A stretch of DNA of 64,000 nt from Litorivicinus sp. (GTDB lineage Bacteria > Pseudomonadota > Gammaproteobacteria > Pseudomonadales > Litorivicinaceae), in NCBI GenBank assembly GCA_965656605.1, contig CBFHLC010000005.1:8299-72298 (forward strand), written 5' to 3'. Under the pieces are notes generated by a model, which worked only from the letters and a program-made list of their open reading frames with translations, searched no databases and was not told the DNA's origin. Shown here piece after piece: positions 20,102 to 29,329 of this stretch (the stretch's first letter is position 1; every line of letters begins with the position of its first letter). A program made the translations under genes and the position numbers.

Positions 20102-20752
20102 ATGCTTGAACACATCATCAAAGAAACCTCTGAAAACCCCCAGTGCGCAATTATCTGGTTGCATGGTTTGGGATCAAACGGGGCCGAGTTTGTTCCGATC
20201 ATCCCGATGTTAGATTTGGATCGGCCGACCCGCTTTGTATTTCCTAATGCGCCAGTGATGCCGGTGACGGTCAACGGGGGCATGGTCATGCCGGCTTGGT
20301 ATGACATCTATGAGATGACGATCGAGCGCAAAATCGACCGCGAGGGGATTGCACAGTCCAACGCAGGCTTAGAGGAGTTGATTCAAGCTCAGGTGGATCA
20401 AGGCATCGATCGCAGCAACATATTTGTGATCGGATTCAGCCAAGGCGGGGCGGTGGCGCTGTATCACTTGACCCATTCGGACAAGGCGCTGGGCGGTGTG
20501 GTGGCGCTGTCGACCTATTCACCGGACTTGGATCAGCCGCTTGAACACAGCGGCGTGGTCTCGACACCGGTGGGGATTTTCCACGGGATGCACGACGACG
20601 TGGTCCCCGAGGTACTAGGGCAGCGCAGTCGGAATCGTCTGACTCAGCAGGGCTTTGCCCCCAGCTATCGCACCTACGCCATGGCCCACAATGTTCTGCC
20701 CGAGGAGATCGTGGATATTGGTGCGTGGTTGAATCATCACACTAATGACTAA
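20102..20752 (+). CDS. carboxylesterase/phospholipase family alpha/beta hydrolase
   Basis: Contains IIWLHGLGSNG and the nucleophile elbow GFSQGG, with a late H (MAHNV). About 216 aa, as in Abhydrolase_2 esterases. The ORF is open from 20018, but that overlaps the divergent gene. Confidence 0.8.
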   Translation: MLEHIIKETSENPQCAIIWLHGLGSNGAEFVPIIPMLDLDRPTRFVFPNAPVMPVTVNGGMVMPAWYDIYEMTIERKIDREGIAQSNAGLEELIQAQVDQGIDRSNIFVIGFSQGGAVALYHLTHSDKALGGVVALSTYSPDLDQPLEHSGVVSTPVGIFHGMHDDVVPEVLGQRSRNRLTQQGFAPSYRTYAMAHNVLPEEIVDIGAWLNHHTND

Positions 20753-20783
20753 GATTGTTTCTTTGGCGCAGTAGGGGCGCTTT

Positions 20784-20792
20784 TGGTAGAAT
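20784..20792 (+). promoter_or_regulatory. candidate extended -10 promoter for mdh
   Basis: TGgTAGAAT lies at 20784-92. The ~75-nt leader that follows has two hairpins (GGCATC/GATGCC 20805-22; GGCCGGA/TCCGGCC 20834-55) before the SD AAGGAG. Confidence 0.35.
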
Positions 20793-20870
20793 CCGCGCCG
20801 GATTGGCATCGGACCTGATGCCACTGTGTGCATGGCCGGACCATCGTATCCGGCCCCCAAGGAGAACCAC

Positions 20871-21893
20871 ATGAAGCAACCCGTTCGCGTAGCGGTCACC
20901 GGTGCTGCCGGAGCTATCAGTTACACTATCCTGTTCAAAATTGCCGCTGGTGAGTTGTTGGGCCCTGATCAGCCCGTGATTCTGCAGCTGGTCGAAATTC
21001 CCCCTGCGATGGGCGCGCTTGAAGGCGTCGTTATGGAATTGATCGACTGTGCATTCCCCTTGGTCGCTGGCATTCAAACTGCTGATAATCCCGAAGACGG
21101 ATTCAAAGACGCGGATATCGCGTTCCTGATTGGCGCCAAGCCACGTGGACCGGGTATGGAGCGCGCGGATCTGTTGATGGGCAACGCCCAGATCTTTAGC
21201 CGTCAGGGTAAAGCGTTGAACGACAACGCCTCAAAGAACGTTCGTGTGTTGGTCGTGGGTAACCCCGCTAACACCAACGCTTTGATCGCGGCGCGTAACG
21301 CACCGGATCTGGATCCTCGCCAGTTCACCGCAATGACCCGTCTGGATCACAACCGCGCGGTTGGTATCTTGGCTGACAAGGTGGGCGCACAGTCTAACGA
21401 CGTTGATGGCGCAATCATCTGGGGTAACCACAGCCCGACTCAGTACCCTGATTTGCATGGTTGCACCGTGGCCGGCAAACCTGCTTTGGAACTGATCGAG
21501 CGCGATTACTACGAAAGCACTTACATTCCGCAGGTCGCTAAGCGTGGCGCAGCCATCATCGACGCTCGTGGCGCATCTTCAGCGGCATCAGCTGCTCAGG
21601 CTGCGATCAACCACATCCATGACTGGGTGTTGGGTACGAACGGCAAGACTGTCTCGATGGCTGTGCCCTCTGACGGTTCTTACGGCATCGCCCCGGGTGT
21701 GATCTATTCATTCCCCGTGGTCTGCGAAGGCGGCGATTACAAAATCGTACAGGGCATCGAAATCAGTGATTTCAGCCGTGGCCTGATGACCAATACCGAT
21801 GAGGAACTACGTTCTGAAAAAGCTGCAGTTGAAGAGTTGCTGCTGGACGAGACCGAAGCTAAAGTCGCGGGCGTCTCGCACCCCGCCGCATAA
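20871..21893 (+). CDS. mdh: malate dehydrogenase (NAD-dependent)
   Basis: Contains [18 protein letters not shown] (Rossmann), RKPGMER-like [12 protein letters not shown] and GNPANTNA. The start at 20871 lies behind AAGGAG. Confidence 0.93.
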   Translation: MKQPVRVAVTGAAGAISYTILFKIAAGELLGPDQPVILQLVEIPPAMGALEGVVMELIDCAFPLVAGIQTADNPEDGFKDADIAFLIGAKPRGPGMERADLLMGNAQIFSRQGKALNDNASKNVRVLVVGNPANTNALIAARNAPDLDPRQFTAMTRLDHNRAVGILADKVGAQSNDVDGAIIWGNHSPTQYPDLHGCTVAGKPALELIERDYYESTYIPQVAKRGAAIIDARGASSAASAAQAAINHIHDWVLGTNGKTVSMAVPSDGSYGIAPGVIYSFPVVCEGGDYKIVQGIEISDFSRGLMTNTDEELRSEKAAVEELLLDETEAKVAGVSHPAA

Positions 21894-21917
21894 TTCAGCC
21901 TATCTGAATTGATAAGG

Positions 21918-21947
21918 GCCTGCTGGTGAAAGCCAGCAGGCTTTTTT
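21918..21947 (+). terminator. intrinsic terminator after mdh
   Basis: A 9-bp stem GCCTGCTGG/CCAGCAGGC with loop TGAAAG, followed by TTTTTT. Confidence 0.85.
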
Positions 21948-21974
21948 GATTTTCCACCTGCAGTTTTTTCAGGC

Positions 21975-22003
21975 AAAAAAAAGCCCACTCAATTAAGCGG
22001 GCT
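21975..22003 (-). terminator. orphan minus-strand intrinsic terminator
   Basis: On the minus strand the sequence reads AGCCCGCTTAATTGAGTGGGCT followed by TTTTTTTT. No minus-strand CDS lies upstream of it; the next ones on that side are lysR and the K+ channel on the plus strand. Confidence 0.55.
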
Positions 22004-22094
22004 GATAAGAATTCCAAAGTTGAGGCGTCTGGAAATCGGGTGTAGTGTCGCGCTTAGCGCCACTAATAAAACTGTGTGAGAGCAATCTCTCGAG
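21975..22094 (-). ncRNA. candidate ~120-nt small RNA (speculative)
   Basis: A minus-strand promoter-like TTGTCA (22129-22124), 17-nt spacer and CATTAT (22106-22101) would start a transcript that ends at the orphan terminator. It is divergent from the LysR gene. No plausible ORF with an RBS lies inside. Confidence 0.25.
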
Positions 22095-22146
22095 GTCGAT
22101 ATAATGTTCCAGCACATTCTTTTTGACAAAAGACGAATATTTGATC

Positions 22147-23061
22147 ATGGGTGAGTTTATTTCACGTGGTCGAGTTCAGGGGATCTCTCTGAAAGCCGTT
22201 CGAGCCTTTGTTGAGAGTGCTCGCCTGGGCAGTTTTAAAGCCTCAGCAGAATGGCTGAATGTGACGCCCTCGGCGGTCAGTCACCAGGTTAAAGCCTTGG
22301 AAGATTATCTAGGGGTTCTGTTATTTCACCGCGGTATTCGTGAAGTCCGCTTAACGCCACAGGGGCAGCGCTTTGCCGAGCGTGCGATGGAAGGCTTGCG
22401 CGTCATTGACCAGGCGACCACTGAAGTGCTGGTGGCCAGCAAGCGTCAATCGGTGCGAGTGGCGGTGGCTCCGTTTTTGGCAACCCGCTGGTTGATGGCC
22501 CGTATGGCTGATTTCGAAATGCAGCGGCCGGACATTGATCTAGAGGTCATAGCGACCACCCAGGCGGGCAATGTTGATGATCCGGATATTGATCTGATCA
22601 TTCGTCTGGGTGCACAGCCCACCGATACCCCTCATTACGAGCGTCTATTCCAAGAGTCCCTTACACCGGTCGGTGCGGCTAAGTATCTGGATCGGGTCAA
22701 GCAGCCCTCGGATATTGCAACCCAGCCCCTATTGGATGTCGCGACGCGGCCGGGTGAGTGGGAATACTATTTAAAGCAGACCCAGAATTTCGACAGCAAG
22801 GTGCCACACAAGATGGCGTTCCAAAACAACAGTCCTGCGGTCGAGGCCGCCGTAGCAGGCATGGGCCTGACCTTGGCTGATTCGCTGCTGATTCGGGACG
22901 AGCTCGAAACCGGGCGTCTGGTTCCGGTCGGCGAGCCGGTCACCGGTAACAGTGCTTACTGGCTAATTTTCTCGAATCACGCCCTGGCTAATCCACGGGT
23001 CCAGAGCTTTGTAGACTGGTTGCGTGAAAATGTTGGCCGGGATCTAAGCTCACGTCTGTAG
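22147..23061 (+). CDS. LysR-family transcriptional regulator (GcvA-like)
   Basis: LKAVRAFVESARLGSFKASAEWLNVTPSAVSHQVKALEDYLGV is the LysR HTH, followed by a C-terminal substrate-binding domain. The ORF is open from a TTG at 22123. Confidence 0.88.
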   Translation: MGEFISRGRVQGISLKAVRAFVESARLGSFKASAEWLNVTPSAVSHQVKALEDYLGVLLFHRGIREVRLTPQGQRFAERAMEGLRVIDQATTEVLVASKRQSVRVAVAPFLATRWLMARMADFEMQRPDIDLEVIATTQAGNVDDPDIDLIIRLGAQPTDTPHYERLFQESLTPVGAAKYLDRVKQPSDIATQPLLDVATRPGEWEYYLKQTQNFDSKVPHKMAFQNNSPAVEAAVAGMGLTLADSLLIRDELETGRLVPVGEPVTGNSAYWLIFSNHALANPRVQSFVDWLRENVGRDLSSRL

Positions 23062-23131
23062 TCCTATGCGGTGCATCCGCGCCGCAATGATGCAATCCTT
23101 GGCATTGATTTGCTGATCGGACCATCGCCTC

Positions 23132-24739
23132 GTGAAAACCAGTCTTCGTACCCACACTGAATCCATGCATTGGGGTCGGATTTTATTTGTCCGTATGCGC
23201 CCCTTTATCGCGCTGCTGCTGTCTGCCTATGCCTTGGGCACCCTGATCTTTTGGTTGATTCCGGCGACCGGGCCTGCGGGGGCGTATCGGATGGATTTGC
23301 TGGATGCGCTTTACATGGTGGCGATTACCGGCACGACCATTGGATTTGGCGAGTTTCCAACCCCCTTTAACGATCATCAGCGCCTGTTTGTCCTGATCTA
23401 CGCCCACTTGGTCGTGGTCAGCTGGTTGTTCTTTGCCGGTGGTTTTATTGGGGCGATTCAGTCGACTGCGTTTAAGCGCGCGTTCTCGACCTGGAAGTTC
23501 CGACGCCGAGTGCGTGCGCTGGATCGCAACTACATGGTGGTGATCGGCTATGGCCAAACCGGCCTTCGGGTGGTGGATTATCTAACCGACTACGACATCC
23601 CCTGCATCGTGATCGACCGAAATCCCGTCAAGATTCAGCATATTGACGCGATGGACTTCAAGGTGCCGGTGCTAGGGCATGTCGGGGACGGCAGCGACCC
23701 ACGGGAGCTGGAAGACGCTGGCGCTTTGCGCGGCCAGTGCGTCGCAGTCGTGGCGCTGACTGATAACGATCGCGCCAACTTGGGTGTCGCCACCTCGATG
23801 AAGTTGCTGGCGCCTAGCAAAGAGCTGTTCGTGCGCTCAGAGCATGACGATACCACTCGAAATTTATTGAGCTTTGGTACTGACCATGTGCTGGACCCCT
23901 TTCGATTGTTTGCCCGTAGCCTGGCGTTGCGGGTGGCCCAGCCGTTGCACTACGCGGTCGCCGATCAGTTGCTGGATCCCGGGCAAAAGCAGGTCGATGT
24001 GCCCGATGTCATTGAGGGGGATCAGTGGGTTCTGTGCGGTTATGGCCGATTGGGGCGCGCGATCCATGAGTCGTTCTCGCAGCGTGGCTTGACGGTTCAT
24101 GTGGTGGACCCTGCAGTTCAAGAAGCCTCGCCCATGTGGACTCGGGGGTTAGGCACTGAGGAGCACACGTTGCGCGCTGCGGATCTGGAGCAGGCCGCAG
24201 GAATCATCGCGGGCACGAATCATGATCCTGATAACTTATCCATTTGGATGACCGCTCGGGCCGCCCAGCCGAACTTGGTCGGGGTAGGTCGCCTGAATCG
24301 CCCCATGAACAGTCCGGTATTCGACAAAGCCAAATGGGATGTGTTGATGAATCCAGCGGATGTGATTGCCGAAGAGCTGGTGGGCCGACTGCGCACGCCC
24401 ATGCTCAAGGCATTTATTGTCCACCTAGAATCACAAAGCGAGCAGTGGGTGCATGACTTGCTATCGCGGGTTGAGGGTTTGGATGAGCTAGAGACCTGGG
24501 ACGTCAAGCTGAGCGCCAAGCGTGCGCCGTTAGTTCACGCGCAGCTGAGTGGGGCCCATCCGCGTTCAATAACGTTGAATCATATTTTGGTCCCCGGAGT
24601 GGTCTGCTTAAAAGCGCGCCAAGGGGATGGAGTGGTGTTCACGCCGCAGCCTGATTTGTCACTGCATAGCGATGATCGCTTGTTGTTTTGGGGGCGGGCT
24701 GAGGCGCGTGCCCTGATGTTGAAAAAGTTAGGCGCATAA
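23132..24739 (+). CDS. potassium channel protein with two RCK/TrkA-N domains
   Basis: Has a pore helix and selectivity filter (ITGTTIGFGEF), then two Rossmann-like RCK N-domains (VVIGYGQTGLRVV; VLCGYGRLGRAI). The start is uncertain (GTG 23132, ATG 23165 or ATG 23195). Confidence 0.8.
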   Translation: MKTSLRTHTESMHWGRILFVRMRPFIALLLSAYALGTLIFWLIPATGPAGAYRMDLLDALYMVAITGTTIGFGEFPTPFNDHQRLFVLIYAHLVVVSWLFFAGGFIGAIQSTAFKRAFSTWKFRRRVRALDRNYMVVIGYGQTGLRVVDYLTDYDIPCIVIDRNPVKIQHIDAMDFKVPVLGHVGDGSDPRELEDAGALRGQCVAVVALTDNDRANLGVATSMKLLAPSKELFVRSEHDDTTRNLLSFGTDHVLDPFRLFARSLALRVAQPLHYAVADQLLDPGQKQVDVPDVIEGDQWVLCGYGRLGRAIHESFSQRGLTVHVVDPAVQEASPMWTRGLGTEEHTLRAADLEQAAGIIAGTNHDPDNLSIWMTARAAQPNLVGVGRLNRPMNSPVFDKAKWDVLMNPADVIAEELVGRLRTPMLKAFIVHLESQSEQWVHDLLSRVEGLDELETWDVKLSAKRAPLVHAQLSGAHPRSITLNHILVPGVVCLKARQGDGVVFTPQPDLSLHSDDRLLFWGRAEARALMLKKLGA

Positions 24740-24742
24740 AAA

Positions 24743-24767
24743 ACGCCGCGGGTGTGCGGCGTCTTTT
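24743..24767 (+). terminator. intrinsic terminator after the K+ channel gene
   Basis: Stem ACGCCGC/GCGGCGT followed by CTTTT. Confidence 0.7.
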
Positions 24768-24850
24768 AACAAAATCCCGCCGAAGTCCATTTCAGCGAAA
24801 AAATGGATGGCCCCGTGGGGCCACCCGAAGGGTGCAGGGGATCGCCCCGC

Positions 24851-26167
24851 TTAGAACTGCTCTTCTTCAGTCGAGCCAGTCAGCGCGGTCACGCTAGATG
24901 CGCCGCCCTGAATCACGGTGGTCACGTCATCGAAGTAACCCACGCCGACTTCCTGTTGGTGTGCAACGAAGCTGTAGCCGCGCTCTGCTGCTGCGAACTC
25001 AGGCTCTTGAACTTTTTCGACATAGTGCTTCATGCCTTCGCCCTGCGCGTAGTGGTACGCCAGGTCGAACATGTTGAACCACATGTTGTGGATACCGGCC
25101 AGGGTGATGAACTGGTACTTGTAGCCCATGTCAGCCAGCGCTTGCTGGAAGCGTGCGATGGTCGCGTCGTCCAGGTTCTTTTTCCAGTTGAACGAGGGCG
25201 AGCAGTTGTACGCCAGCAGCTGATCAGGGAACTCAGCGTGAATGGCATCGGCAAACTTCTGTGCTTCGTCCAGGCATGGGGTGGCAGTTTCGCACCACAG
25301 CAAATCAGCGTAGGGCGCGTAGGCCAAGCCACGGGCGATCGCCTGGTCGATGCCAGCACGAGTCTTGTAGAAGCCTTCAGTGGTGCGCTCACCGGTTAGG
25401 AACTCAGCATCATAAGGGTCGGCATCTGAGGTCAGCAGATCCGCGGCGTTGGCATCGGTACGTGCCAATACGATGGTCGGAACGCCAGCTACGTCGGCAG
25501 CGAGTCGAGCGGCAGTTAGCTTTTGGACGGCTTCAGCCGTCGGGACCAATACCTTGCCACCCATGTGGCCGCACTTCTTAACCGCAGCTAGCTGGTCTTC
25601 AAAGTGAACGCCGGCCGCGCCATTGGTGATCATGTTTTTCATCAGCTCGTAGGCGTTCAGAACACCGCCGAAACCGGCTTCCGCGTCAGCAACGATAGGC
25701 AGGAAGAAGTCTTTGGCTTCGTCTTCGGCGATTTTGCCGTCGCATAGGCCTTTCCACTGGATCTCGTCAGCACGTTTGAAGGTGTTGTTAATACGACGAA
25801 CCACAGTAGGTACTGAATCAACCGCGTACAAAGACTGGTCGGGGTACATGGTTTCAGAGGTGTTGGCGTCTGCCGCGACCTGCCAGCCTGACAGATAGAT
25901 AGCTTCGATGCCGGCTTTGGCTTGCTGCATGGCTTGGCCGCCAGTTAGGGCGCCCATGCAGTTAACGTAACCTTTCTTGGATGAGCCGTTAACCAACTCC
26001 CACAGCTTGTCAGCGCCGCGCTTAGCGTACGTGTGTTCGGGCTGAACGCTGCCGCGCAGACGGACGACGTCTTCGGCGGTGTAGTCACGACGGACGTTTT
26101 TCCAACGGGGATTCTCGGCCCAGTCTTTTTCCAATTCTGCGATTTGCTCTTGGCGTGTTTTGCTCAT
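24851..26167 (-). CDS. aceA: isocitrate lyase
   Basis: Contains the ICL signature [11 protein letters not shown], plus [10 protein letters not shown]. 438 aa from the ATG at 26167. The ORF is open to 26215. Confidence 0.96.
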   Translation of the reverse strand: MSKTRQEQIAELEKDWAENPRWKNVRRDYTAEDVVRLRGSVQPEHTYAKRGADKLWELVNGSSKKGYVNCMGALTGGQAMQQAKAGIEAIYLSGWQVAADANTSETMYPDQSLYAVDSVPTVVRRINNTFKRADEIQWKGLCDGKIAEDEAKDFFLPIVADAEAGFGGVLNAYELMKNMITNGAAGVHFEDQLAAVKKCGHMGGKVLVPTAEAVQKLTAARLAADVAGVPTIVLARTDANAADLLTSDADPYDAEFLTGERTTEGFYKTRAGIDQAIARGLAYAPYADLLWCETATPCLDEAQKFADAIHAEFPDQLLAYNCSPSFNWKKNLDDATIARFQQALADMGYKYQFITLAGIHNMWFNMFDLAYHYAQGEGMKHYVEKVQEPEFAAAERGYSFVAHQQEVGVGYFDDVTTVIQGGASSVTALTGSTEEEQF

Positions 26168-26297
26168 TTTCGAGTCCCTCTTCGGATTCGTGCATCTAAG
26201 CCGGATTTCCGGCACCTCAACATGGCTCAGCGCTGTCCCTGATTCTGTGTGTCAGGGCTCTTCCTAAGCCTTGGGCGACAGAATGCAACGGCAGTTG

Positions 26298-26352
26298 TGA
26301 CCAGTCAAATTACTTTGGTCTATATAATGACCGTTTATAAAATTTGGTCATT
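26298..26352. promoter_or_regulatory. two adjacent TGACC/GGTCA inverted repeats in the aceA/argO divergent intergenic region
   Basis: The first is TGACCA (26298-303) with TGGTCT (26316-21). The second is AATGACC (26326-32), a 13-nt spacer, then GGTCATT (26346-52). TATATAAT lies between them. Operator-like, but the regulator is unknown. Confidence 0.35.
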
Positions 26353-26392
26353 TGGCGTGTTGCGTTACACTGCGCATCCCTAAGGAGAGCCG

Positions 26393-27016
26393 ATGCTGCA
26401 ACTCGTCAACGTATTCGCAACCGCCTTTGTTTTGGCGCTTGGTTTGATCATGGCCATTGGCGCGCAGAACGCCCATGTCTTGCGGCAGGGCATTGCGGGA
26501 CGCTACGTGGGTGTGACGGTGGCGCTGTGCGCCTTCTTTGACACCGTTCTGATGACGGCTGGGGTCTATGGCTTTGGGTGGCTATTGACCCAAATTTCTA
26601 GCTTGGAGTCTATCGCACGAATAGGCGGGGCAGCCTTCCTGCTTTGGTATGGGTGGCGTTGTGTCAAAAGTGCACTAGCACCTTTGGATGAGGTCAGTGT
26701 CGAAAGTCGTGTAGCCATCAGCCTGACTGGTGCTGTGGCCACTGTCAGTGCATTTACATTGCTGAATCCGCACGTTTATTTAGACACCGTTGTACTCATC
26801 GGAAGTATCGGCGGGCAGTTCCAGGGTAGCGAACGTACTGCCTTCGCCGTCGGGGCCGTTAGTGCCAGCTGGGTGTGGTTTTTGTGTCTGGGCTATGGCG
26901 CCCGTCTGGTGCGGCCATTCTTCGAGAATCCACGGGCCTGGCAGATTTTGGATGCGTTTATTGCGGTGGTGATGTTCAGCATCGCCGGCGCTCTGTTGTG
27001 GGAGCAATTCGTATGA
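26393..27016 (+). CDS. argO: LysE/ArgO-family basic amino acid exporter
   Basis: Aligns along its length with E. coli ArgO (GAQNAHVLRQGI, GGAAFLLWYGW, LLNPHVYLDTVVLIGSIGGQ). Confidence 0.82.
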   Translation: MLQLVNVFATAFVLALGLIMAIGAQNAHVLRQGIAGRYVGVTVALCAFFDTVLMTAGVYGFGWLLTQISSLESIARIGGAAFLLWYGWRCVKSALAPLDEVSVESRVAISLTGAVATVSAFTLLNPHVYLDTVVLIGSIGGQFQGSERTAFAVGAVSASWVWFLCLGYGARLVRPFFENPRAWQILDAFIAVVMFSIAGALLWEQFV

Positions 27017-28296
27017 GTCGTAAACTGTGGCTGCCCTATGCTCAGATGCAGACAGCACCTGAATTGATTCGGGTGGCAGACGCGCATGGGCCAATGTTGG
27101 TCCTGGATGATGGGCGCGCGCTGATCGACGGTATCAGTAGTTGGTGGAGCGTCATTCATGGCTATGCCCATCCGCACATCAATGCCGCCGCCAAGGATCA
27201 GATTGATCGGTTTAGTCATATGATGATGTGTGGTTTGGGTAATGATCCCGCCGAGCAGTTGGCGGAGCGCTTGGTGCAAATTACCCCCGAGCCGTTGCAG
27301 CATGTTTTTTTCAGCGATTCCGGCAGTGTCGGGGTCGAAGTGGCAATGAAAATGGCGATCCAGTTCTGGGGTAATCAGGACCAGCCTAAGCATCGATTTA
27401 TGGCTTTTCGGAATGCCTACCATGGTGATACGACCGCCTGTATGAGCGTCGCGGATCCCTCTGAGGGTATGCACTCTACCTTTCGGGGACTGGCGCCCGA
27501 ACAGATCTTTGCCCCGATGCCCAATCAATGTGGCAGCTGCGCGGGAGGCTGTGATCACCTATCGCAAGTCGAGCAGCTGATTCAGTCACACCAGCACGAG
27601 CTGGCCGCCGTGATCATCGAGCCGCTGATTCAGTGTGCCGGTGGCTTTCGTCAGCACTCGCCGGCCTTCTTAAAGGCGCTACGACAGCTGTGTGATCAAT
27701 ACAACACCCTGCTGATTTTCGACGAAGTGGCGACCGGCTTCGGCCGTACAGGAACGATGTTTGCCCTGGATCAGGCTCAGGTCTGTCCTGATTTGTTGGT
27801 GTTGGGCAAAGGGTTAACCTGCGGGTACTCAGCACATGCGGCCACCCTGGCCTCACGCCGGGTCTATGACGGGTTTCAGCCGGGCACGGCCAGTCCTGCA
27901 TTTATGCATGGGCCGACCTTTATGGGTAATGCGCTGGCCTGTCGCATCGCGCTGGCGGGGCTCGAGTTGTTTGAAAGTGAGCACCGCTTGGCGGCCGTAG
28001 GTCGTATAGAGAACCAATTGAAACGTGGGTTGTCTGACCTAAGGATAGAAGGGGTTGTGGACACCCGAGTATTGGGCGCCATAGGCGTGATCGAGGTGGA
28101 CGCAGCCGACAGATTGGCAGGTGTTCAGGCCTTTGCAATGGAGCGGGGCGTTTGGCTAAGGCCATTCGAGCGTTATCTGTACACTATGCCGCCGTACATT
28201 ACGTCACCTCAGGAAATGGATCGGGTGATATCTACCATGAGGGCATGGTGTGAAAGCGATTCTTTTAAGTCTGGCGTTACTGCCCAGTATTCCTAG
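27013..28296 (+). CDS. bioA: adenosylmethionine-8-amino-7-oxononanoate aminotransferase
   Basis: Contains SSWWSVIHGYAHPHI, AYHGDT, LIFDEVATGFGRTG and PTFMGNALAC, all BioA motifs. ATGA overlap with the argO stop. The ORF is open from 26875 inside argO. Confidence 0.93.
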   Translation: MSRKLWLPYAQMQTAPELIRVADAHGPMLVLDDGRALIDGISSWWSVIHGYAHPHINAAAKDQIDRFSHMMMCGLGNDPAEQLAERLVQITPEPLQHVFFSDSGSVGVEVAMKMAIQFWGNQDQPKHRFMAFRNAYHGDTTACMSVADPSEGMHSTFRGLAPEQIFAPMPNQCGSCAGGCDHLSQVEQLIQSHQHELAAVIIEPLIQCAGGFRQHSPAFLKALRQLCDQYNTLLIFDEVATGFGRTGTMFALDQAQVCPDLLVLGKGLTCGYSAHAATLASRRVYDGFQPGTASPAFMHGPTFMGNALACRIALAGLELFESEHRLAAVGRIENQLKRGLSDLRIEGVVDTRVLGAIGVIEVDAADRLAGVQAFAMERGVWLRPFERYLYTMPPYITSPQEMDRVISTMRAWCESDSFKSGVTAQYS

Positions 28297-28801
28297 TCAC
28301 GCGATGAATGTGGCGAGCGTCGAGTTCGCCCCTCAGCTATCCATCCAAGGGCAGCAGTTGAGTTTGGATGGGGCGGGCCTGCTGCGCTGGAAGGGTATCT
28401 TTAAAGTCTATGCGGCCGGCTTGTACCGCGAGGACATCACGGCAGACTTTTCATTAAGCTCTGACGAAACCCAAGTGCTAGAGATTGAATATCTGCGATC
28501 GGTAACGGCCAAGGGATTTGTCAAAGCGACCGAACTGGGCCTAGAGAAAACCCTGCCAGCGGGTGAATCACTGGCCGACTGGGATGCTCAACTGCAACCC
28601 TTTTTAGCGGCTTACCAGGCGGTGGAGAAAGGCGATCGGTACCGACTGAGTGTGACCGCCAATGAATTCAGTCTGTCGCTGAATGAAGTTGAGCTGTACC
28701 GCTCTGCTGATACCGATTTGGGCCGGCGCCTGCTAGGGGTGTGGTTGGACGAGCGTTCACTCTCACCCAGTTTGCGTCAGGATTTGTTGGCGCTGAATTA
28801 A
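28250..28801 (+). CDS. chalcone isomerase-like family protein (secreted)
   Basis: Has a signal peptide (MKAILLSLALLPSIPSHA), then LSLDGAGLLRWKGIFKVYAAGLY, typical of bacterial chalcone-isomerase-like proteins. The GTG start lies 47 nt inside the bioA 3' end. Confidence 0.6.
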   Translation: MKAILLSLALLPSIPSHAMNVASVEFAPQLSIQGQQLSLDGAGLLRWKGIFKVYAAGLYREDITADFSLSSDETQVLEIEYLRSVTAKGFVKATELGLEKTLPAGESLADWDAQLQPFLAAYQAVEKGDRYRLSVTANEFSLSLNEVELYRSADTDLGRRLLGVWLDERSLSPSLRQDLLALN

Positions 28802-28983
28802 TCGTCGTCCGACAAGGCGCTGACATCCCAGCCGCCGTCGTGCGCGATGCGGATTTGAAACAGAATCGGACGGCAACAGACGTGGCAGTCTTCCCAGAAT
28901 TCATGCTCGCCCTCGGCTGGGTCAAAGGCGATTTCTAGCCCCTCCCAGCAGTAGGGGCAGGTGCTAGGCTCGCTCGGCAGCAT
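28798..28983 (-). CDS. CPXCG-motif cysteine-rich small protein
   Basis: CPYCWEGLEIAFDPAEGEHEFWEDCHVCCRPI is the CPXCG...CxVCCxP family signature. The C-terminal tail is acidic. Confidence 0.8.
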   Translation of the reverse strand: MLPSEPSTCPYCWEGLEIAFDPAEGEHEFWEDCHVCCRPILFQIRIAHDGGWDVSALSDDD

Positions 28984-29329
28984 CCATCTTTTCCTGGGCC
29001 GCCCAGCGGCTGTGCATCATTGACGCAATAAACAGAGCGCTACTGGCCAGCCACAAAATGGTAGGCACGGCCGAGTAGGTGATGTCGGGAATAAACCACT
29101 GTTCAACCTCTTCGGTCACGCCGTACATAAAATACGGAGTCACGGCGAAAGCCGCCCATTGGTTGCCACGAATATCACCCTTGATGGGGCCGTGAAAGCA
29201 CAGCAGCAGCGGCAGCAGTGCAATGATCGATAACTTCCAAGAGATCGCAACACTGGTGATGGCGACACACGCGACCAGCGCAATCCAGCTAATCCTAGAG
29301 ATGGTTAAAGAGGTGGAAAGCTTATTCAT
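28964..29329 (-). CDS. DUF2069-like membrane protein
   Basis: A 121-aa protein with 3-4 TM segments immediately downstream of wrbA, a pairing I recall as conserved in Pseudomonas/Xanthomonas. Called from position and topology only. Confidence 0.5.
   Translation of the reverse strand: MNKLSTSLTISRISWIALVACVAITSVAISWKLSIIALLPLLLCFHGPIKGDIRGNQWAAFAVTPYFMYGVTEEVEQWFIPDITYSAVPTILWLASSALFIASMMHSRWAAQEKMDAAERA

Noticed and set aside
23099-23115. TTGGCATTGATTTGCTG upstream of the K+ channel gene looked like a sigma-54 (-24 GG / -12 GC) promoter.
   Set aside because: The GG-to-GC spacing is one nucleotide short of the consensus, and no enhancer-binding-protein gene is nearby. Probably chance.
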